Source: Flectonema sp. DT1601 (taxonomy: Eukaryota). From it: a DNA stretch of 64,000 nucleotides. Numbering within the stretch: position 1 is the first letter of the stretch; the number at the start of each line of letters is the position of its first letter. Where the stretch lies: NCBI GenBank assembly GCA_964019425.1, contig OZ025797.1, positions 620,001 to 684,000 on the forward strand. The letters run 5' to 3'. The notes under the pieces were generated by a model. That model had not been told where the DNA came from and did not search any database. It saw only the letters and a program-made list of their open reading frames with translations. This document shows positions 1 through 10,325 of the stretch, piece after piece. The position numbers were made by a program, and so were the translations under genes.

Positions 1-1102
1 AACCAGAGGGTAGTAACTTCTTATACTTTTCTTTTATGAATACTGCATTAAAGTCCATTTTCTTCACACAAGGGTGCAGCATCTTCAGACAAAACCAGTG
101 GCAATCAACCACACGATTCTTTTTTCTTTCTCTTTTAATTTTAAGAGCCTCGTTGAGTGCTACAATGATTGCTTGCATTTTATTATTTTCTTTCACTTCG
201 TGACTTGCAAATCTTCGGATCCAGTGAAACATTCGTGAAATTCTTGTGAAAGACCAGTCTTTAATAACTTCAACATTAAGTGCTTCAAGATTGCATAAAT
301 GCTGTAGTTGTTTCCTTAAGCCATAGAATAGGCGAAACTTTGGGTTCGGTCCGACATCAGTGATGATCACTCGACCATTATTTATTTTCGTCCAATTTGA
401 AGGGGGTTCGTTAGTATTCTTTTTCCGTCTTCTTCTTTTTATCTTTTCCGTCGGGACTTTCGTTCGTGTGGATGCTTTTTTGTTATTTTGTACTTTCTTC
501 TTTCCCAGTATATTATAATGCGGTTTGAAATGACTGATCCAAAACCTCTCGGCTGGGTCAGCCATATTACGGAATAGGAAACTGTTGTTTTTCAGGAAGT
601 CGGGTTCATTAATTACTTCCAGTGTCACTGGGAATAATGGATATTTTCTCTTACGTATGAATTTGTATAATGGTTGAGTACATTTCCCCTGTACTGAGCG
701 ATTGCTCCAGTGTTGTTTTTCTCGATCTCTCGCAGTTTTATAAGTTTGACCAACATAACGGATATGTCCTCTCTCACACAATAAACCATAAATTACACCT
801 TTACAATCTTGAGGCTGTGCTTCAAAAGAGAGTCCACGTTGTTGGCGTGCTGTCCTTAACTTCTTTGAATAGTTCTGTTCAAACTTTCGTCTTGCTTCTT
901 TTAATGAAACTTCGTACTGATCATCTCTACGTTGGTTCTTTTCTAAGATCTTCCGGTCTTTAAATGCAACAGTGTGAACAGAACTTTCATCTTTGGCTCT
1001 GCGAACTACTGATTTGGCAATTCCAAACGGTATATGGTCAAGAGCTAAAGATAATTGGGATTTGGGAGGTGAAGTATTTTGGGATAAATTATAATTTTGC
1101 AT
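1..1102 (-). CDS. 5' part of an ORF with an N-terminal GIY-YIG endonuclease; probable Penelope-like retroelement (Naiad/Chlamys-type) polyprotein, running off the left edge
   Basis: Manual translation from ATG at 1102 stays open to the window edge (about 367 codons; absent from the ORF track, presumably for lack of a stop). Contains KGVIYGLLCERGHIRYVGQTYKTARDREKQH...LEVI...AERFWISHFKPHYN, i.e. GIY, YVG, catalytic R and E, and YN. A basic linker and helical region follow. The RT domain is not in the window. Confidence 0.75.
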   Translation of the reverse strand, partial: MQNYNLSQNTSPPKSQLSLALDHIPFGIAKSVVRRAKDESSVHTVAFKDRKILEKNQRRDDQYEVSLKEARRKFEQNYSKKLRTARQQRGLSFEAQPQDCKGVIYGLLCERGHIRYVGQTYKTARDREKQHWSNRSVQGKCTQPLYKFIRKRKYPLFPVTLEVINEPDFLKNNSFLFRNMADPAERFWISHFKPHYNILGKKKVQNNKKASTRTKVPTEKIKRRRRKKNTNEPPSNWTKINNGRVIITDVGPNPKFRLFYGLRKQLQHLCNLEALNVEVIKDWSFTRISRMFHWIRRFASHEVKENNKMQAIIVALNEALKIKRERKKNRVVDCHWFCLKMLHPCVKKMDFNAVFIKEKYKKLLPSG

Positions 1103-2441
1103 GAGTGTTATTAATAAAGGTAACTGTTAACTCTAAAATAGTTAACTATTTTTTTGGGAAGCTTGACCCTAAAACTGCTTTTTTAAGAAAATAAAAATAG
1201 TAAAAATTAAATAAAAATAATGAAAAGAGATTAAAGCTTTCTCAAGAAGGCTAAGGAAATGAAAGGGAAAAAGGTTGTCAGGGGATTATTGAAAGCAGGG
1301 GATGAAGGTCGGGTCAGGGCTACTTCCCAGCCACAAAACCTTCATCCTAAAACCCCTGCAGCACTTGATGACTGCTCCTCATCTAATATGGGATCTAACC
1401 TACTAGTCCGCAGACGACTACCCTACTGACGGTGTTCCTATTAGTCAGTCAATAGTGTCCATCTACGACAGCGGGTCATCAAATACACAAGATAATAGAA
1501 AGAGAAAGAAAAGAGAGAATTGACTAACCCTGTACTGAACAACCATCTCAGAACGGAAGACGGTTGTTGACAATAAATATTTATTGAACATTTTAAAAAA
1601 ATAAAAAAATAAAGAAGTAAACTTAAACTTAATCTTCGTTGAAGATCTCGAAATTAATTCGTACTCATATCTCTGAATAAGGTACATAATATTATGTGTC
1701 CCAAATTCCAATTAAAATTCATAGTAATTCATCATGGCGGTACATTTGTACTCCGAATCAGCCAAATTATTCAGTACCAATTGGTACTTAGGACTAAGTA
1801 TACAGCTTTGAATTGTATATACTCTTCTTAGCTGCAACTGCCTCTAAATAAACATTTAAAATCAACCAAATTATTATTGAAAAACACAGTAGAAACGATT
1901 ATAACTTTAAAACAAATTTCTTCCAAACAAACGAACGATAACCAACCGAAGATACGCCCTTAAAGAAACAGGTAACAAAAGCTACCGTTTAGTTCAAATC
2001 CTCACACTTTATGGAGGGATGAGGCGTATAATAAAATATGAAATACAAATCCATGCAATTCATTTATTTTGATTTGCGGGGGGTGAAACTTTGACAATGT
2101 AAAAACAGTAACAACTTTAGGTATTAAAGAAAACAAAATTAATATCAAGTACTTGACTGAAAAATATTTGTAGTTGTTAATCAAAGAAAATTACCTTTAG
2201 AAAAAAGAGAAAATAAAAAGAAAAAATATAAAGAGATAAGTATATTTTTTGTTGTCGAATCTGGTAATTCGGGGACCACGTACTAACAGGTTGAGCGTCC
2301 CATGCCCTGTAGTCCGTTACAACTTACACTTAACCGAAGTTAAAAGAAAAAAACAGTTCTTATTCTAACTAGTTCGTAGCACACTACTAGCGGCGCACTC
2401 TTTTGTTATAAAAACAAAAAGTATAACGTTTTGAGGATAAT

Positions 2442-2777
2442 CTAAAGTTCACTTACGAGAGCGAGGTACATTGAGCACTTCTTTTGATGTGAAGTTAGAT
2501 CTAATCTTGTCATGCCGCAACCATTGCAGCGTTGTCTTTTCTTCACATATTTATCTTTAGCAAGATTGTTTGTCGAGTTTAGACAAGGTTCATTATCTGT
2601 ACTGATTGATCTTAACCTTTTCTCTGAAATTGCTCTTTTACCTTGCTGTGAATTTTTAGTTATCTTATCCTGCTGTTGTTCATCAATCGATGATGTTAAT
2701 GTTTGAGTAGGAAGTATCGAAGTACCAGAGTCATCTGTATCTTCAGTATCATCATCGTAGTCATTTTCCTCAGACAC
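2442..2777 (-). CDS. Small ORF or exon with an acidic N-terminus and a C-terminal C2HC zinc finger, possibly part of the adjacent retroelement
   Basis: KKRQRCNGCGMTRLDLTSHQKKC fits C-x2-C-x9-H-x3-C. Same strand as, and upstream of, the GIY-YIG ORF. Start uncertain. Confidence 0.35.
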   Translation of the reverse strand: MSEENDYDDDTEDTDDSGTSILPTQTLTSSIDEQQQDKITKNSQQGKRAISEKRLRSISTDNEPCLNSTNNLAKDKYVKKRQRCNGCGMTRLDLTSHQKKCSMYLALVSEL

Positions 2778-4042
2778 ATGGCTTTTACCTCTCCTAGTAA
2801 CTCTACCAGTTGGTTTAGATCTTAGATTAGGTATTTCGCTTGGGGGCCCGGGGGGTTGTATGTTCGATTTTGTAAAAATTACAACTGTGTTGTTTCAAAA
2901 AACATAAAGATAATTTAACATTAATTTTAATGTTAAATGGTAATTTGATACTGCATTTTAAAGCTCAAAGGAACAACAATTTCTCCGACTTGACTGTCAG
3001 CGGCAGCGTAGTAAATGACTGCAAAGAAATAAATAATACCGCTGGAGGCCACGTGAACATAGTTGAGCGCCACTTGCCTAGTTACCGTGAGTACTTAATT
3101 AATACATTATATTGTCATTATATTGTCTTGAAAATTAACCATAGAAAAAGACGAACACCAGGAAGGGGGGCGGCTCTCTGTTAATAGCCGTATATACTGG
3201 TATTTGATGATACGAAAACTGTATTAAAAGTAGTTCAAGATGGCGAAACACGTTGTGGGTTAACTGTTCGAGTTTGTACGTAAAATACAAATGTATTGCA
3301 TCATAAACAACATAACGATAATTTAACATTAGTTCTGAGATACAGTGACTAAAGCTAATGTTAGTGCCCCCCAGGGGGGTAATTTGATACTGTATTTTCA
3401 AGCCCCCCACAGTGACTAAGGGTGATGCGCAACTTAGCATACTACAGTATCTATAGGTTTCGAGAGTATTTTCCTTTATAAATAATGTATCTGCTGGTGG
3501 CTGCTGCTGTGTGATTAATGAAAGACCGACAGTAGACGATTTGGTTTCCTTCTTTTTTTATTTGTCTGTAAATTGACTCACTCGAAAAATACTTAGGGAA
3601 GTGATCTTTCTATTTAAATCAAATAAGGAAAGAGAACAGGAAGAACTTTTAATTCGTAACATCCGGTGAGTCGATCAAATCAATGCTCCAAATCCTTAAA
3701 CCATAAGGGGAACGCTATGATTATATTAAGAAAAAATAAAATCAAAAAAGAGAACCAAAGGACGGGGGGAAGAACTGATTTTTCATATGAAAAAGACGTT
3801 TCGTTCCCTCATCTCCAGTTGGATGTAAATCGTTTCGCAAACAAATTTCCGCCTTCAAAAAAACAGAAGTAAAAAAAAAAAAGAAAGGCCGTTAATTAAA
3901 CTGGCCCTCAGATTGTTGAGGAGGAGGAAACGAGAAACTGTTGATGATTCCCAAGAGGATACTCTTTATGAGAGTTTGGTACCAGTTGAGGGAAGTTGAG
4001 GGAAGTAATATTTTATTTCATTATGTTTTAAGTTCTTCTTAC

Positions 4043-7000
4043 TTATGAGAACTTTGCCCATTTGCTGGTTTTTCTCCGCCACTCTTTGTGATGAGAGAGG
4101 ATTTCCTTCCACTGCAAAACAATCGAAGTGCGCGTAACGTTCGTTGGAACTAACACCAGAAAGTGTTCTATAAAATGAAATCGATTTGTCTCAACTTCTT
4201 CAGCTATGAAATCATGAACCGATTTCGGCTCTAAAAGTACTTCATCATTCTCATCAGGAACTAGTTCATCATTCTCATCAGGAACTGGTTCATCATTCTC
4301 ATCAGGAACTAGTCGATCACATAAATTATGAGAGAGCCGGTAAATGGCGAGGGCGGCTTCGAATATCTGCTGCATGTCCATACCGTCAAGCATCTGAAGT
4401 AGAACTCTGTACTTCTTCCAAAAGATCCTCGGATTTCTATTAGCTATTTTTCTTTGTTGTGAAGATCCCCCGAATGTTAACATATACATAACTCTCTGAC
4501 ACCAGAATTTAATATCTGTCCACCACGACTGGTTCTGAAGTCCACTAAAGAATCCAATCTTTGGCCAGGCAGCAGTGGTAGGGTCGTGTGCTATTCTTCT
4601 TAAGAATGTGACTTCATCAAACTGTTCCATACTAACCTCATCAAAAGTAGTACTCATGACACCAATGAGAAGATTAAATAACACGGCAATCAATACGACG
4701 TAGAACAACAAGAAGAAAAGAGTAGCGAACACTGGTCTTGCGGCGTACAGTCGCTGAAAGTCAAACTCACCCATTATCATAAAGAATAATCCTTGAAATG
4801 AGTGTTCGATGTCCTGTATTGTTGTTTGTTGTTGTTGTTGTTGTTTGTATCACTCCTAACAGTATAAAAGAAGACACACAAAAGATAATGATTAACATAC
4901 CCTGTAGGAGTTTACCAGACTTCCGAATACCACCCAGGCAGAGAAAATAAAACCAAACAACACAATAAGACAAATTATTAATAAGTTGAAGATAAGAGAT
5001 CCGGCACGACGAAGGGTTCTGATAATTAAATTCATATCTTTATCAGTTTGAAGAAAATAAAATGTTTTTAAAGACAAGAAGACCACAGTAATACCGTCAG
5101 TGCTTGCGGCTATCCAGGTGAGGTCAGAAATGGTTTCATACTCCTTCGGATAGACATCTGAGCAGAGGATGTGAGATGCTGAAATACCATAACTCAGATA
5201 CCAACCTTTAAACCCCCAAGTGATAACAATTAATACATTTATTATCAATTCTAAAACCAGCCAAATATCTGAAAACAGAGTTCTAATCACAGCTGCAATC
5301 AAACGAATACCTTTCGCCCTCGGAGGACATCCCCAATGAAATAGAGGAAATAACTTTCCGTGATTGTAGGCTGCTTCGTATTTCAGCAACTGATGTTGAG
5401 TCAGCCACTTTCCAACAATTCTCTTTATTGCTGCCCGGAGGAAGAAAACAAACAAAAGGATAAAGGCCATTAAACCGGGTGCCCCAATTGCGAAAGTTTC
5501 AGGGCTCATTTGAAAAAAAGAGAAAGTGTGAATACGTTTACTTGGAAGGAATGCTCCAGAACTAGAAACCTCAACCATGTATTGCATTCTTGTAATCTGT
5601 CTGGTGTTTTGATTATGAACAAAGAACTCAACCATCAGACCTCTAGTGGCAACGTCTACCCAATTCTGCTCTTTTAGAAATTCAAGTTCACTTAAAGCAT
5701 TACTCTGAGTCATACTAATAGGGAATAGCATTGAATATCCACCACATGAATATTGCATTCTATTCATCACACTGGATACGATTCCAATGTATGGAGCGAG
5801 ACCTTTACCCCCTGTCTCATCACAAGACTGGAAGACCCAAGGTCGAAGTTTTTTATAAAGCTTTTCAGCATCAACATTCCCAGCCTCTGCACTGATTCTC
5901 AAGTTCTCTAATTCTATTGTGAATGGAGCGCTAGAATGACTGAAATTGGCACCGTCGAATCCGCCACCAAACTTCTTGGGACCAAATAGGTCGATCAACT
6001 CTTCGGCAGATCTCTCGGCTTTTGATTTGAGGAAAGCCGCATCTTTTTCATAGGAATACTTATCATTCGAACTCCAAGATCCGTAACACTTTTCTAAATA
6101 ATAATTAGAACGATCAGTTGTGTCTTTTGACACTCCTTGAGAGATCCAACGACTCCAAGTATTGGTATTTGAAGTTAACCATCCGCAAGTATCTTCAATA
6201 ATTGAGGAGGCATCACTTTGAGTGAACTTCATATTTTTAATTAAATTATAAACATCAGGAAACCTTGTGTTGAAATCTGACTTGTACAAACTGTGGACCT
6301 CAACTGTCGAATACGCCGACGAGTCAGGCAAAGAAAGACGTGAAGCAGCGACACTTGACAACAGAACGTCCGTATCAAATGACCAAAATAAAAATGACTC
6401 ACCAGCTCTACTCCTCTTCAGCAACTGTTCAGAATACGTGACATGGGAAACTGCAGGTAAAACATCTTCAGGTACCCTTCCTTCATACATAGTACTGAGA
6501 CCGTTGTCACTTATAACTTTTTGAATATCATCCCACCCTCCGAAATCCAGGGAGTTATCTGGCGCATAGATTGCCACTTTTGGCGGTGTCGCACCGTCAT
6601 TTGAGAAATATTGATGAAGCTCGATACTTTCATTTAAACCAACAATCCCATCAACTACACAACGAGGACAAAGAGAAGCTCCACTCGCTGATATGTAGAT
6701 ACCCGGAGTAGGACTACCAACCTGACTGCTGTCAGCAGATATCTCAGAATTTAAAACACCTGAGGTGGTAGAGTTCCACAAAGAGAACACAACATCGAGA
6801 TTCCCAGAAAGTAATTCAGCTTCCGCAACACTACTGGTGATGGGGATGATGGTAGCGGAGACCGACATCTTTTCCTCCAAAAGATATTTAAAAACAGAAG
6901 ACGTCACACGAGAACCCGGAGTCACAGTGACCCCAACCTTCAAACTCCTCGGGAAGGTATCAGGTGACTTCTCTATGCATGTGTCTAATTCCCTGCTGTT

Positions 7001-8929
7001 GTCAACTGAACCACCAGAAAATACGTCCCACGTCTCCCAACTGGTGCTCTGTCTTACGTCACCAGTCGCGTAGCAAGCCTGAGGCAAATTATTCTCAAGC
7101 ATTTCCTTGTGTCCTTCACAATCCACATCAGGAGCACGATACTGTGTTAGCTTAACAGCTCCAATTACCTTATTAGCGTAGTGATGAGTTGTATAGACTC
7201 CGGGTTTGTGATCGTCATCAAATGCGAAGGGAAGCATTGTTTGACCAAACCAATCCCAATATTCATCGAGGTTTCGAATATCACTGAATGTCCACGCGAA
7301 GAATTGATCTGCTGCATCACCAACTTCCTCCAAACCAACAGCTTCATCAATACTAAGACCTAAGTAGAAAGCACCGCTAATGTTTGTACCAAGTTGCGTA
7401 GACATTGCGTACATAAGAAGAAAGATAATATAAAGGATAAAGTGACGCTGAAGTTTCATCTGTATCATTTTATTCTCCGTGTATTCGAGTAAGTATGATA
7501 ATCCATCAGTTTGAACAGATTGTCCTTTAATGCAATGAATAAAGAATCTCCTCTTAGGTATTAAACCTCTGAAGAAGTGGTTCATATTTCCCCAAATCGG
7601 GCAATCAATTTCAGCGACACCAGAAGCTTCAGCGTAGGCGACTTGAAATTCTTTCTCTGTGACACGTCTTCCAGCTAAACTTATAATATCATCATACAAG
7701 TCTTTAACAGTGTGTTGTACGTTAGCTTTGCTACGACGACCATACTTACCTCTCGCAGTGTATTGTTTAGAACCAACTTCTTCATAACTAGCGTCATCAG
7801 GTCGATATCCATCTAAGAAATATTGAAGTCTGTCAACGAACTCATCGTACACTTCTTCACTTACAATTGATTCACAGATCTCCTTTACGTCAGTTGCCAT
7901 TTCCAAGGCTTCATATTTTATTTCATCGTTAGTGTAGTTATTACCAAGTAGTAGCTTACCACACTCAAAGAGATGATCTTTTAGGATTGCGAAGGTTGTC
8001 TTATCACATCCGTAGTTGATGTGTTCGTTATTAGCGGCACCAGTTGATATAAAAAACACGAGTTTGCTCGCTTCAGATTTTGCAGCATTCTCATCGTCCT
8101 TGTTAGTGACGTCACTGATAGCAACTTTTTGATTTAGTCGCCAGACCTTCCCACCGATTTGTTGTTTTGCAAGTATTTGGGTATCGCTGGATGCGAGAAT
8201 GTGGATGAGACTTGAGAGTTGTTCATCAGAAATACGACAATTTAAAGTTCTGTCTTGACGGGTTGTTAGTTCTTTTTCCATCGTAACTTTTAAAAGTTTT
8301 AAAAGTTTCTTACGTTCTACTAACTGCCAAGGGTCTTCTTTCAAAGGTGTGAAGATCTCCACAATCTTCCCCTCCACTAACGGCAGTAGAAAGTCTTTCA
8401 ACTCTTCGGGTTCTAAAGTTTCACTGCCGTCAATGTTTAAAAGGTGGAAGATGTCGTCTCTGTACTCGCTGGTGATTTCTTTATAAAACTTTTTAAATTT
8501 TTGACCGTTAGTTGTCTGAAAATGATCTACTGGCTCGTTGTCCATCCACGGAGCTACAATAGACCAAAGTTTTCGCCAGTCGCAAAGGTTCAGACCGAAG
8601 GCACCAGCCCCATTAATTCGACTCTCGCGGTCAAGAGTCCTCAGTTTTGTTACAAAAACTGATTGATTGATTTTAATGAATGTCAACGCTTTTCGTAATG
8701 TGTGATGTTCGAGAGGATTTTTTATTGAATACTCTAGTGTTAGCTTGTGTAGCTTTCGAAGTCTTTTTTTTTCATCAATTGGTTCAAGAATCACAGGGTC
8801 CAAAGTTTTTTTTTCATAAATCCGACCCTCGTCATCAGGGTAGTTTGTTTCTTCAACATCACCTGTGAAGGACTCCTCCCCCTCTCTCGGTTCAGATGTG
8901 TAGCTCGAGTCTGAGTCACTGTCTGACAT
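4043..8929 (-). CDS. Polycystin-2/TRPP-like cation channel, copy A (exons 8929-4901 and 4813-4043; about 1599 aa), with an N-terminal EF-hand-like motif, an inserted OpuAC/ProX-like domain and a truncated C-terminus
   Basis: Splicing gives SYR|DIEHSFQGLFFMIMGEFDFQRL (pore helix and filter) followed by S6 LIAVLFNLLIGVMSTTF. Polycystin-domain motifs ANKVIGAVKLTQYR, GGY and LKEQNWVDVATRGLMVEFFVHN are present. EF-hand-like segment: IFHLLNIDGSETLEPEEL. Confidence 0.85.
4814..4900 (-). other. Spliceosomal intron (87 nt)
   Basis: AGG|GTATGT...CAA repeats...ACAATACAG|GAC; phase-0 removal joins the two ORFs into a complete channel. Confidence 0.9.
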
Positions 8930-10325
8930 TTTATTTTCCTTTTTCTGTTTTATAATTTAAGAAAACATTAATTCATAAAACTAATATAACCAAATGCAAG
9001 CAGCCAACCCGCCGTACAATTCGTCCAATAGAAACAAATAATTTTATTCACAAGAGGAATGGATGGGAAAGTGATGGTTGAGGAGGAACTCCACGAGAGA
9101 AGTATTCTATCCTCGGCATCAAGTCCGACACATTGCATACTGAGCAAACTAAAGAACATCGGGTTAACCCCGTAGAGCTACGAGACAACAGCAACGTAAG
9201 TAGACTCATCTTGTTAAAATATACGGCAAGAGTACTTTTGACTACAGGAAAACACCGAAGGGTTGAAAGTACTGTTTACTCCTATTTATTTTATATAATT
9301 CTGTTCTTGAGAATGTTATCATAATAACACTCAACTGATGGCACTCTTGAATAAGACAAAGAACTCTCATAACTACTAACTGTAAAGTAAACCACATTCT
9401 ATTTAGATGTGGTGACTAACCAGTTTTAAGAAGAGAACTTCAACATGGAAGGTACTCTCTGATATGAATCACGTGTTAAATCAGAAAGTAATGATGTCAG
9501 CTAAGGACGCAGTAGACTAAATGTTAAAGGACAGGAATAACGTAGAAAAGCTAAATAAGGAACGTGAAAACTCTATGTCGAAAAATTCGTAGAGGATTAT
9601 CCCAAAAAAAGAACTAACAAAAGAAAAATAAACGAACCAAAATAAAACACAAAAATAAAAACGAAAACTATCATCAGCTCAACCACCAGCGTCTTGATAT
9701 CCACCAATGAGGGGGAGAGTACGATGGGGGGCAGATATCGAAAAGGGGAGGGGGGATTGACAAAAAAATTTTGTTTTATAAATAATGTATCTGCTGGTGG
9801 CTGCTGCTGTGTGATTAATGAAAGACCGACAGTAGACGATTTGGTTTCCTTCTTTTTTTATTTGTCTGTAAATTGACTCACTCGAAAAATACTTAGGGAA
9901 GTGATCTTTCTATTTAAATCAAATAAGGAAAGAGAACAGAAAGAACTTTTAATTCGTAACATCCGGTGAGTCGATCAAATCAATGCTCCAAATCCTTAAA
10001 CCATAAAGGGGAACGCTATGATTATATTAAGAAAAAATAAAATCAAAAAAAAAGAGAACCAAAGGACGGGGGGAAGAACTGATTTTTCAAAATGAAAAAG
10101 ACGTTTCGTTCCCTCATCTCCAGTTGGATGTAAATCGTTTCGCAAACAAATTTCCGCCGTTAAAAAAAGAGAAGTAAAAAAAAAAATGAAAGGCCGTTAA
10201 TTAAACTGGCCCTCAGATTGTTGAGGAGGAGGAAACGAGAAACTGTTGATGATTCCCAAGAGGATACTCTTTATGAGAGTTTGGTACGAGTTGAGGGAAG
10301 TTGAGGGAAGTTATATTTTATTTCA

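Larger units (their letters stand above)
3475..9121. repeat. Segmental duplication, copy A (channel gene plus flanks)
   Basis: Near-identical to 9775-16066, from TTTATAAATAATGTATCTGCTGG through TATCCTCGGCATCA. Confidence 0.95.
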
